Assembly: GCF_000150275.1 (NCBI RefSeq)
Contig: NW_002060944.1
Coordinates: forward strand, 8,766,159 to 8,830,158
Direction of reading: 5' to 3'
DNA length: 64,000 nucleotides
Source of the DNA: Trichoplax adhaerens
Lineage: Eukaryota; Animalia; Placozoa
The position numbers and the translations under genes are program-made. The notes beneath the pieces were generated by a model. It saw only the letters and a list, made by a program, of their open reading frames with translations, made no database searches and was not told the origin of the DNA. Positions 12,301-23,400 of this stretch are shown piece by piece (the stretch's first letter is position 1; each line of letters starts with the position of its first letter).

Positions 12301-13497
12301 AGAGAATTAAACAATAAAAAAAATAATTATACTGGTAAAATTAGAGTAAATTGAGAATATATAGCCTATTAGCGATACGATTACAAATATAATTATATCA
12401 CGATATAAAATAGCAGTGTCAATGATAAGACAAATAAATACGAGATATTATTACGATTATTTGTCTGCAGGAAAAAATCAATTTTTGAGAGAGTTTCAAG
12501 ATTAAGCTTTAAAATAACTTACCAGTTTGGCAATTTTCGCCGGAGTAACCCGCATAACAAAGACAAATTTGGGTCCCATTTATAGTTACACAAGCACCCT
12601 GTATACAAACTTTATCCGCACAGGTTTGAACTAGACCATTTTCAAAAAGTAGAGATGAATCATGCAATTTGATATTTTAATTCTAGAAGAGGATCTTGCT
12701 ACGAAAAATGATAGTTTTAACTAGTAAAATAATTATAGCCTCTTATAATGCTATAAATTGTTTTTTTATGTCTCTTTGTATAGAAAAAACATGAGTGATG
12801 CCTATACTTTTGGTTAGATATACATACTCGTGTAAGTTTAACCGATGATATAATTTTTTGTATCTTAAATTATCCAGTATTAAAGGTACTTTCCGGATGC
12901 TATTTGGTGGAATTTATTTGTAAATCAAATAACAATGTGATACACCCAATACTTTACTTTTAGTGAGAAATGTTCTTTTTAATACTATAGATTTAATTTT
13001 GTCTCTATCACCATTGCGCTATCTGAGAATACCGTAATCAATAGGAAGTTAGGCTAGCTAGCTAGTAGAAGTCCGATAATAAGCTGCCTTATGTTATGAA
13101 ATCACTTGAATATTTGCATATATTTTACAAAAGAGAATTAATTATTGGAAATAATTTGTAATTGTAGAATAGATTTAGTTGTTAAAAGTGGTTGAGATCA
13201 GCTGACAGTTACGAACTTAAATATATAAGTACACTAAATTTATTGTTAATTAAATAAGTCAGCTATAGTTATATGTATTACATCGATTAGAATAAAAAAA
13301 TTTAAGTAAAACGATCAGCTAGCTATGTTATTCAGCTCCTGTGATGAAATTTAACGAAGTAAATACTTGAAATATTAATGGAACTTACTTGTAGGTGAGA
13401 TATCAGCAGTTTTACGTCCTATTTCAGCGTATGTTAAAGAAGCGAACTGCAGTACCAACAGATAATGCAATAAATAAAAATTATTATTAGATTTTAT
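94..13497 (-). CDS. Gene D (3' end runs off the left edge): EGF/SRCR multidomain receptor, paralogue of gene C; signal peptide, 6 EGF, at least 10 SRCR interleaved with EGF
   Basis: Hand-assembled GT-AG exons, phase 1-1 after the first: 13389-13446(13497), 12523-12630, 12125-12277, 11784-11912, 11276-11398, 11009-11125, 10530-10640, 9526-9861, 8566-8706, 8062-8403, 7719-7967, 7221-7550, 6986-7105, 6361-6687, 5951-6283, 5699-5833, 4929-5246, 4616-4858, 3604-3933, 3318-3437, 2895-3218, 2596-2706, 2087-2392, 1151-1270, 459-569, 94-315. All internal exon lengths are multiples of 3 and the order is colinear with gene C. The start codon is unresolved (ATA at 13495-13497). Confidence 0.85.
2087..2392 (-). 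CDS. Gene D exon: SRCR9
   Basis: [13 protein letters not shown]...ACRQLGF...[17 protein letters not shown]...VGLECT, AG/GT flanked. Confidence 0.9.
2895..3218 (-). CDS. Gene D exon: SRCR8
   Basis: [15 protein letters not shown]...CRQLNL...CSGNE...[12 protein letters not shown]. Confidence 0.9.
3604..3933 (-). CDS. Gene D exon: SRCR7
   Basis: [15 protein letters not shown]...ICQQLGW...[13 protein letters not shown]...[11 protein letters not shown]. Confidence 0.9.
4616..4858 (-). CDS. Gene D exon: two tandem EGF-like domains
   Basis: [11 protein letters not shown]...[12 protein letters not shown] and [12 protein letters not shown]...[12 protein letters not shown]. Confidence 0.9.
4929..5246 (-). 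CDS. Gene D exon: SRCR6
   Basis: [11 protein letters not shown]...ICRQLGY...ECC...[13 protein letters not shown]. Confidence 0.9.
5951..6283 (-). CDS. Gene D exon: SRCR5
   Basis: [12 protein letters not shown]...LGF...[13 protein letters not shown]...[12 protein letters not shown]. Confidence 0.9.
6361..6687 (-). CDS. Gene D exon: SRCR4
   Basis: [26 protein letters not shown]...ICKQLGY...[11 protein letters not shown]. Confidence 0.92.
7221..7550 (-). CDS. Gene D exon: SRCR3
   Basis: [15 protein letters not shown]...[11 protein letters not shown]...[11 protein letters not shown]...AGVYC. Confidence 0.9.
7719..7967 (-). CDS. Gene D exon: two tandem EGF-like domains
   Basis: [12 protein letters not shown]...[12 protein letters not shown] and [12 protein letters not shown]...[12 protein letters not shown]. 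Confidence 0.9.
8062..8403 (-). CDS. Gene D exon: SRCR2
   Basis: [15 protein letters not shown]...ACKQLGY...SYCC...[13 protein letters not shown]. Confidence 0.9.
9098..9410. mobile_element. Probable non-autonomous transposon (MITE-like) remnant in a gene D intron
   Basis: Starts with TACCGTCCAAGTACG (also at 43209). Contains about 3.5 tandem copies of TAGTCAATTCGCGAAATGCC (9118-9190) and a GC-rich CCGGGAAT/ATTCCCGG inverted-motif patch (about 9307-9405). The intron is 819 bp against 365 bp for the paralogous intron in gene C. Confidence 0.5.
9118..9190. repeat. Short tandem repeat, unit about 20 bp (TAGTCAATTCGCGAAATGCC)
   Basis: Direct reading: three near-full copies plus one truncated copy. 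Confidence 0.85.
9526..9861 (-). CDS. Gene D exon: SRCR1
   Basis: [26 protein letters not shown]...ICRQLGY...[11 protein letters not shown]. Confidence 0.9.
10530..12630 (-). CDS. Gene D: six N-terminal single-EGF exons
   Basis: Exons 12523-12630, 12125-12277, 11784-11912, 11276-11398, 11009-11125 and 10530-10640 each have EGF-type Cys spacing and phase 1-1 borders. Confidence 0.88.
13389..13497 (-). CDS. Gene D putative signal-peptide exon ([36 protein letters not shown])
   Basis: Hydrophobic stretch in frame with a phase-1 GTAAGT donor; ATA where gene C has ATG; an internal CAG acceptor at 13447-13448 is an alternative. Confidence 0.6.
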
Positions 13498-16400
13498 TAA
13501 TAAATATTAATAGTTATGAGATTAATGCTTTTAACAGGAAGTATGGAAGAGTGTAGTAATACAATATTTTGCAATGATTCAATCGGTGTATTAGGAAATA
13601 ATCTTGTGCTAGATAGATTTGAGATTCTTTAAATTTGGTATGAGATATAAAATGCTAAATAAAGTAACTAATAAAAGTTCTACCTGTGATAGAATAAAAT
13701 AGCTTTTAAGATAATATATTAGAGTTAATATTCCAGATGGGCAAATGCGTAATACAAATTGTAAAACTAAATACTTAATTGGATTATTCTCAGACTAGGG
13801 AAGAATTTAAGCAAATCAAATTATACATAATGTAAAAATAGACTTTCGAGATGGCTAACGTAATTCGGGGAAATTCTTGAAATATCACTAACTTACGATT
13901 ATTAATAGTCTAGCATTTTAAGCTCTCACTTTTCGCACAATTCTTAGCTACTTGTGTTTACTGTAAGCTACACTCTGTAATTTGCTATAGATATCAATTA
14001 GAGACTGTGGCCAGTGATGTTGTGATCATGTGCTAAACTTATACATGTACATGTTAAGTCTTTAATCAATATGGTGATGCAATCTATCACATAGATCTTT
14101 GTAAAGAAGATACCTTTTACTTTATGAACTCGACCTTATATACCGGCTCATCTATAGTTTATATTGTACTGTTGAGTTGATAAAGTGTCTTCTCAAAAGT
14201 TCAACAAGACTACAGTTTCTTATAAACTTCACTTTATTACGTAATATTAGGTTCGTCTTACAAATACTAAGTTCTATCTAACTGTAATCAGACTATCTCT
14301 GGACTATCTGAATTACCACGGCAATATTCAAAATTTATAAGTAATTACTTACACAAACATTTTTTTCAAACACAATCATATCGTATCAATTAGGCTACAA
14401 GTTCATATTTAAATTTACTATCGCGCTATCAATTCATAATTCACGCTTCTAATTAAAGCGTCACAACACAAATCTCGCAGAACTTACCTGCTTGAAGCAA
14501 TCTATTATCATCTCAGAATCGTAACGTAGGCATCTCAATACAATTACTACAACACATAATGTAAAACTTTTCCACATTAGACACTTATGCAATCTTACAA
14601 TCTAGAGTACAATTTATCTATATTCATATTATCCCATGATCTTAGTCTTAAGCTTATTAGGGGCTTCACTACAAGTTAAATACTCATATACCAGATATTT
14701 ACGTTTGCCTGCACGTGCGGAATATACCATATCACATTATTAATTGCAATCATTTGGCAATCGCAATACTGTACTATAGCGCAATGAATATTTCAACAGC
14801 AATATGTGAAACATGCCTTGCAAAAAATTTAAATTTCTACAGATATAACATTAGGATGATTTAACTAAGAAAAAGATTATTGTAGGAAAAGTACGATGAA
14901 TAGATTCGAATATTGTAAAACATTTTCATTCCAATTCATGTATTAATTCCATTAGTAAAAATTTTATTGCGTTCGCACATTATTATTGGTATATGTCAGT
15001 TAAAAATACAGTAAATTTTATTCATTAAACTAACCGTAAATAGCAGTAAAATTTTACTGACGTACATCATCTTGAAAGTTGCCCAGCTTTTAAGTTTTCC
15101 AGGTATTATTGATGTTGAACAGGTAGTTTAGAGACTTTCAACAAGTATTGAGTTTATTGTGCTAGATAAATAGTATATCAATATCCGTACAATAGTGTAG
15201 CTGAATCAGTTTCAGTAATTTCTTGAATTTGCCTACTCAATAAAGCTTTAACTAAGCACGTAACAATTCATAGCAACAATGACAATAAAATAATTACAAA
15301 GTGTGGGGATGATCTCATGACGATAGGTTCAATTATACTAGTCTTGTGTTAGTGTCATTATTCTAAATATTTTTAAGTTCCAGTCTTGCAGTATTTTTAA
15401 TTAAGAATCGTAATTATCATATTACTGTTGATCGTCCCGTCCGACGTTGGTATCATTTTAGTTAGATGATTTCAAGTTGCTATATTGGATAACTTTATAA
15501 TCAGTTTAGCGATGGTTGTACTTATTAACATTGAATTATGCTTCTATTTTGCTTAATTTTTCCTACTATAACCTGATTGAAAAGTTGAGTAAATTACTTC
15601 ATGTAGTATGCTACTATTAATATCGTTATCTTAATTTATAAATCTAATTGTTTATAGTACAAAAATTTATAATATCTACTCTTATAATAGCGGATCTTGG
15701 AGACAGGAATAACGTAATTTATTATGGTACTGGCGACTGAAAGCCACAATATCGTTCGCTGCTCAAGTTGTGTACTTAAGATTAGAATGTTTCCTTGTGA
15801 ACATTTGGAAAATTTACAGTTATAACATCCCTCTTTAAAATCAAATGTCACCGTACGGCATATACTTGAGATTTGTGCTTAACAAGAAAATATACATGCT
15901 TTCATCGCATTAGTTAAGCGTATATTTAGAGAAATAGCTATTTAATTGATTTTCACGAAAATCCGAATGGTACTGAATGGTACCTGAATGGTGTCACAGT
16001 GTACTACTTTTCTATGGATGTTTTAATCTCATAGGTTTTTTTTAAACAGTTACGCGATATTAGTCCAAAAGCGGTATTCCTCTTACAGCTCAGCTGATAT
16101 ATTTATCGATCTTTACTAGAGCTTATTCGATTGCCTATTTTATTCTGAGTTATGCTAATTATTCAGTTTTTCATGCGACTATACGCTCTCAGCTACTCTT
16201 GAGTCAAATTTCCAGTAATTGAATAATTTTACTATCTTCTTGAGTATGCATTCCCTGCGATTACAGGTACGGTAGCATTAATGTAGAAAAGTAAATTGCC
16301 ACAAAATTAAATTAGCAAATTGCCAGGAATAAATGTTTAAATTATGAACTTAATTTAGAAAGTGAATAAATCATTTTATTCCATCATATCACAATTTTTG

Positions 16401-17803
16401 AGCAGTTTTGCTTCTAAAAGATTATTAATTAATGTCTCTAATAGTATTGTATATTTATCAACTCAATTATCAACGCTAGAATTATTTTTGTCTTTGTTCT
16501 TAACTCTGTATGGGTAAGTCATGTTCAGTAGGGTATACTTTATGGCATAATCGGTAAATGAATAAAACAATTGGGAATAATTACGTATATCACATCACGA
16601 AATGTGATAGTTACTACAGTTGAAACGGCGATAAATTGACATGACACCAAAATCTATTAATTTTATCATGTAAGTATTGAGAATGGATAAGGTAATTGGA
16701 ATATCGCATGATCTTTGCATTATTTGTTTGATTATAGATTAGCTTAATAAACAAGTGTTATTATTAGTCAAAGTAAATGAAATAAAATTAATCTCAGTAT
16801 CTGGAGTATATATTTGTAAAGAAGACGACGTATTGCCTAGTGCCGTACTGCCATAATCGTTTGCAGTCTATTACTTCCTTGCTTTTCTCAATGACTGAAT
16901 ATATTATGTCGAATTTATAACACTATTGATTGGCTTGGTTGAATATAAGCAATCAAGTTAAGTACTGATATGGAAGAAAAGTTAATTCCTTGATGAATCA
17001 GATTTCCGCTTAACTGAATTTAAGTACGTTCTATTCGTTACAAATGGCTGAATAAATGTACTAAATGAGGCGCAAATGAGTGCAAACAGTTTATGCGAGC
17101 AGTAGTAGCTTAACTACAAATATAAAATAAGGTAAACATGATAAAAATGGCTCAATACGTACTAGTACATAAGAAAAAAATTAACCTCTATTAGATGTTT
17201 AAGTTACATAAAAATTATAAGTAAATTAAGATATATGAAATACAAAGATCCTATTATCGGCAATGAAGTAGTTCATAAGCGCGTATACAAATTGAATATC
17301 CTCTACTTACGATATGAATTTCTATTCTTTTCGAAAGACACAATATATTTTATCTCTTACCAATAGAGAAGATCACCTTGTCAATATCGACCTACGTATC
17401 ATACTGTACTTTCATTCATATCTTTTTATTCTAGCTTAAAACTATGAAATTGATTATCCAATCGTGCTTTGCTCTTTTTAAGCATGGTAAGAATATTGCG
17501 TAACGATCATCTTCAGATACAAAGTCCATTTATTAAGAACAAGAGTACACTTTCCCAATTAAGTAACTGAATTTACCATTAATTCTGCAATACAACTTCA
17601 GTCGGCACGAACCTCTCGTGATTTACGTCTCAAAGTTCATTAATATTGACTACTGGGATAATGCTAACAAAATAATAAATATTCTTGCCCATTATACCTA
17701 ATTAATAATTAATAATAGGTGTGATATTACAGTATAGTCAGCCAATTTACGATTTGAGTCATCGCTCTCATTTTACTCAACCACGATAATATGATATAGC
17801 ATT

Positions 17804-18040
17804 AACTGGGACCATTTGCACCAATCCCGCTGTGTGCACCAATTCCGCAGTGTGTATCATGCCCGTTATTCTTCATAATAAAATGTGTAATGTGTAGTAA
17901 AATGGCCTAATCATAACATAATGTTATAAAATCTTAGTCAGTAAGCATAATGCCTAGTCATTTTGGATAATATTTGTATTTTAATGACAGTAAGCTAATC
18001 GACTTAGGGTAGAATCTAGGATAGAATCTAGGGTATAACA
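17804..18040. repeat. Small repeat-bearing element: 18-bp direct repeat plus degenerate TTAGGG-like tract
   Basis: TGCACCAATCCCGCTGTG/TGCACCAATTCCGCAGTG at about 17817-17852; TTAGGGTAGAATCTAGGATAGAATCTAGGGT at about 18004-18034. Confidence 0.45.
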
Positions 18041-18139
18041 ACTTTATTACTAAAAGTATTCAAATAATTTATTTATCTGTTGAGGTTAATTTTGCTTTAC
18101 ATGCATTATAATTTCTAACTGTACAATGCTAGAATCGAA

Positions 18140-19060
18140 AAAGTAAAAGGGTAATATTTGATTTTACTCAGGAATGCTAACTAAGGCTTTGGATAGTAAG
18201 ATGTGAAGAATTTTATGATTTTTTATTAGATATAAACTGAATTTAACAGATCTCGATATCGACGCAGTTTCTCGACAGTATTAGATAACACATTAGAGGC
18301 AAATAATTTTGAATTACACAATGAAGTACATCCATAATTTTAACTTACATGCAGAATGAGGCAATTCTTACCAATATAGATACTATGCTCATTTTGTACT
18401 TAATGTAAGAAAGTTAAAGGAATTTGCTACGGCTCTCCTAGTTATTTGGGTCTGTCAAAATGGCGAAAAAAACGTCAATTTATTTTGCATCCACATTTCT
18501 AGTTATAATCTAAAGCGAGTTCATTTTAAAGAGTTACAATTTAACGATTAGCCGAAAAGTATTTTTATATTTGACTTGAGAATACTAATTTTATGGAGCA
18601 ATTTTCCTGCAGAAAAGCATTTATAGTTCAAATCAGTTTCGGGATCGTTTCTAAGATCACATCAGACGGCTTTAGATGTTTATTTAGAATTTACCTAATT
18701 TAAAAATTGGCCTCTTAATAGTAACGAACTTCATCCATACAATATTCATAAGACAAAATCAGTTAATTTGGATTCAAGTAGCAGTCTATAATTCTTATTA
18801 GCTCTGTTTCTCAATTAGTATGTGGGTAAAATTATAGCCAAATCATTGTAAGTTTGAAAGGTATTTGGATAACTTTTCTTTCTCAAGAAGAGGTGTGGTA
18901 CGACGATGATTAGGTTAGCAACTGCGTATTTAATTCTGACTGTAATTCTAACTAATTAGCAGTTAAAACCAGAACAAAATAATATGTAATTCAATGGAAA
19001 TCTCTATCAATTTAACGGCTGCAAAATATTTCATCGCTGTAAATATGCACTGAAAAGTAA
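18140..19060 (-). pseudogene. Decayed duplicate of the 3' end of gene C (last EGF remnant, TM exon, tail remnant, 3' flank)
   Basis: Colinear by eye with about 19895-20930. The relic TM reads AVANLIIVVPHLFLRKK against [18 protein letters not shown], with indels upstream; the NPVY/stop segment is missing. Confidence 0.75.
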
Positions 19061-20340
19061 GATAAATCGTTAGTGATGAGAGCATTGTCAATGTTACTGT
19101 CTCGATTTTTGAAAGTCGCTAAACGTACCTATGTTTTTCTATAATGATTCCTTTAAATCATTCTGATCTTAACGAGATTTAATGCATTTAACTGCGTCAT
19201 AGTATCGAACTATCGATTAATAAAAATTTTCACATTTTATTTCTATTTTGGCTAACGTAGAAATCCAAAACCCTAATTATAGAATACGTATTAGAATTGA
19301 GGTAGAAATAGTGAAAAATCAATACAAATTTGAGTTAAAAATGACCATGTAGATTGTCCTAACTAATAAAATTGAAGCAGTTTATATCTGGTAGTGTCCA
19401 GACTGAGATTGAAATTTAAAACTATAAGAATATTCATGCAGGTTTGTAGAGAGACACCGAAAAAGAAGTGAACATTCATTTTTTAATCGTAAACCATAAA
19501 AATAATTGCATGTAAGGTATCATTTAATACGCTTCTTAATGCGATCTCAAGTTCTATTAGTTATATTAATGATGATTTATATCCATAGTTCTATTTCAGT
19601 TAAATTTTCGTAATAGAATAGTTGCTGCTGCACCTATTATAATTAATAGAGAATAATTTTATGTGTGGTCGAGGCTATCAATGAACTGATAATTTTAATT
19701 TCAATAGCTATGGCTGATGAATAAGAGCCCCTTGATCTGTCTAGCCGTGCACGTATATCGTTTGTTGGCTGCAAGCTAATCAGTTACAACAGCTACTATT
19801 ACTTGAACTATTTATTCATCTTATTCATCCATTGCTGTTAATTTTGTTATGCCTTTCTCATGGATTCAATTTGGTTAAAGTCAAAAATTAGCGCAGCAAA
19901 AAGTAATTGTCATTACTCAGGGAATAATAAGGCTTTTATTAGTAATACTCGTATAAGATGAATTTTAATGAGTCTTCAGTAGGAATAGACTAAATTTTAC
20001 AGATCGTGTTGCCAATACAATCTTTAGAACTACTGTATTCGATAATATATCAATGAACAATATTTAATTACACAATAAGCCACGCCAATGACTTTAACTT
20101 TCACACAGAGCTAAAACATTCTTACAAATATTCTTTGCTATGCTAATGTTATACTTGAGGTAAGGAAATTGGAGGAATTTACTACATCTTTCCTTAGTTA
20201 TTCAGAACTATCAAGGTAGCGATGGAGATATACAACTTTTTGCACTCACATTTCTGGTCATGGACTAATGCTAATTCATTTTATATCGTAAAAATTTTAA
20301 AATTAGCTAACTATTATAATAAATGGACTAAAGAGTGTCT

Positions 20341-20429
20341 TTAGAGATCATCGTCTTCTCCGCGATAGACAGGATTGTCTAGTTCTTCTGATTTAGACTT
20401 CAGAATACTTTTATTCTGAGATCTTTGTC
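20341..20429 (-). CDS. Gene C terminal exon: cytoplasmic tail with NPxY ([28 protein letters not shown])
   Basis: Manual translation; AG acceptor at 20430-20431, TAA at 20341-20343; phase matches exon 20541-20584. Confidence 0.85.
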
Positions 20430-23400
20430 CTAGAGAAAAGCATTTATACTTAAAATTAGTTTGGGGATAGCTTCAAAGATCATATTAGATGACCTTAAAA
20501 AGATGTGTAACATCTTTTGATATAGTTACTTGGATCTTACCGAATTTCAGACTTTGCCTGTTAATTTTAACGCCTTCGATCATACTGAAAATTTATGTAA
20601 GAATTAATTATTTTAAATTTAAGCGGTACTTTGTAACACTTATTAATAATATAATAAATAATTTCGTATTTCATTTCTCGAGTAGAAAATGCAACTGATT
20701 AACTTTAAGTTGAAAAAAACTTTTTTTCAAAATTACCCTTTCTTTCTTAAGAAAATGTATGCTACAACAACGATTAGGATTACAACTACGCTTCCAATTG
20801 CAATTCCAACATAAGTACCAGCTAAAATCCAAAAACAGAACAAGATAAGACGTACTTCAAAAGAAATTTCTATCAATTTAAGAGATTGCCATAAATTTTA
20901 CCGTTTTGTGTAGTCGCACTTTGACAGTTATCCCCGCCAAACCCTCCAGCACAGCTGCAATTTGATTTTTTATCATAGTAATCAGTCATAAGTATAAATC
21001 AGCTTCATTATTGTAAATCAAGTGACTTATCAATAGTTCATTTATGTCGTATATTGTGATAACTAATTACCTGCAAATAGGTCTATTATTATTCATGCTG
21101 CATTGGCCATTATTGCTGCAATATCCTTGTGAGCATACAAAACCTGCAATCATAAATCATCAATCTTACGTTTAGACAGGAACTTTATTTAATTTGGAAT
21201 TGTTCTGTAGCTTTCATCCATTACTTTATTTCTACGTACTTATATTATATAATTGTGTTTCTATAAGTTGGATATTAGTTGCATTAAAAAAGCGGCATGA
21301 ATACGCTCCGTTATCGCCGATCGATAGTGGACTAAACACTAAATAAGACGTAATTACGGATTTTTGATCGCTAACTACTTGAATAATTTCGGTAGTATTT
21401 CCAGCTGTAATAGGAACTTTATTTTTAGTCCAAGTGATAGACGGCAAGGGACGTCCGTTAGCTTGACATCGGAGACTAGAGTATGATCCAACCATAAATA
21501 TACTAGTATTTGAGGTAATGGATACCATCGAAATTGGGAATGCTAAAAATTGAAGCATAAATTAAAGGATTTATATCATTCATTAATAATGTGGCTTCAA
21601 AAATCATACAATTGAATGAAATCTTTAACTTACGTGATAGCTGATTCTCGCAGTTGGTTCCAGTATAGAGTGGGTCACAACTAAGAATAACAATAACAGA
21701 TTGTCAGTTTTTATGCAACTTGTCTATAAAGGTATACATGCCCAAGTTTGACGGCTTACGTTTTAAAATCAACTATTGCTATTAAGCTGATAATTTTAAT
21801 AGTACATCAATATATCAGCACTATTACACCAACATACTGTATATTGTATAGTTAGCGTTTTACCTGCATACTGGCCCAGAACTTCCTGAAGTACATTGGC
21901 CTTGCGAATTACAAAAGGCCGGCGAACATGCAAACTCTGTAAGTGTAGTTGTTAAATTATAATAGCAGAATGAATCGACTTTATTCGTTGTTAAATCTAA
22001 AATTATAACTTTTCTTCGATCGTATAACGTCAAAATCAAGTTAACATCATATGAATAGCTTAAGTTTTGTGAAATCAGATATAGAAAGCAAATCAAAACT
22101 TACGGATCGTAGCCACTGCAATTTCTACTGTGTCAGTGTTACCGCCAGTATTATTATTACCGATGACTCGGCATCGGTAACTACCAGCATCACTTGGTAC
22201 AACTTTTGAAATTACCAGGTTCATAATAGATTTTTGGTTAGAGTTTAAAGGTGATAAAAAGGTTGTGAGACGACCTCCAATCGAGATTTGATTGCCGTTA
22301 TGTAACCATACAAATCTTGGCCTTGGTCGAGCTGTTGCTTCGCACTGTAATCCTATGGTCGTTCCAACATAGTATCGTGTAACATTTGATTTCCCAGTAA
22401 CGATACTGATAGGTAGATCTATAAAATTAGCAAATGATAGCAATTAGCTATTACATATTTATAATAAAACCTTTTACTTGTATAACTAATTCTTTACCGT
22501 AGACATTATTTTAGTACATGTAGTGAAGTATGAGGAAAACACTATAGTATTATACACGTGTGCAAGTGGAGGGTGCTGAGATTGTATTTTTCTCATACTA
22601 AATAGTAGTAGACCATAGTTTTATGTATCTAGAAACCTGCTATTATTTCATAGCTAAATTGTTTAGGCTAGCTTTGGATATGGAAAGCAGTAATATATAA
22701 CTCCCATACAGTCTTAGCTGATACTTATATATCAAATATACCACCAAAGTGGATAATGAAAAGCAAAAGTAAACTGAATCTCGTTACATGATTTAACAAT
22801 TTAAATTTTATAAAAGATTATTACTATTCCGTTCAACAGTTAAAGAAATCATAATATGTAAGTTTAAACTCTTTAACCAGAATTTATCAAATATAAGTAT
22901 AATTACAGTAAGATTGGGAGTTAAATCAAAATACAATATAGCTTACTTGGCAATACTGTCTGGCATTGGTTTCCAATGACTCCAAAATTGCAGCTTCAGT
23001 AGATAAAATGAAAATTGAACATCAATTCCGATGTTGGATTACAACCTTAAAGTTATTTGCTACGAGTTTTTGTATGATGATACGGAAACTGTCGGATTAA
23101 TTAATTAGAATTGAGATATGTATCTACGGTACCTGCATTGCAGCGAATCACTACCGGTGACTGTACTGCATATTCCATTATTATTGCAGAATCCTGTAGA
23201 ACATGACATTCCTATTTGCAGCAAAATTGAGTTAATGTATCAATATTTTAGAAAAAGAAAACCGCTTATTTACGTACAAGAAATTCGTAATCATTTATTT
23301 AGTGAAATATTTTGTCTAGTACTGATCTAGCATTTATAATTTTGAAATAGCAGTAAAATATAGCTTGAATGTGATCAAGGCTATAAACTTATTTTGATAA

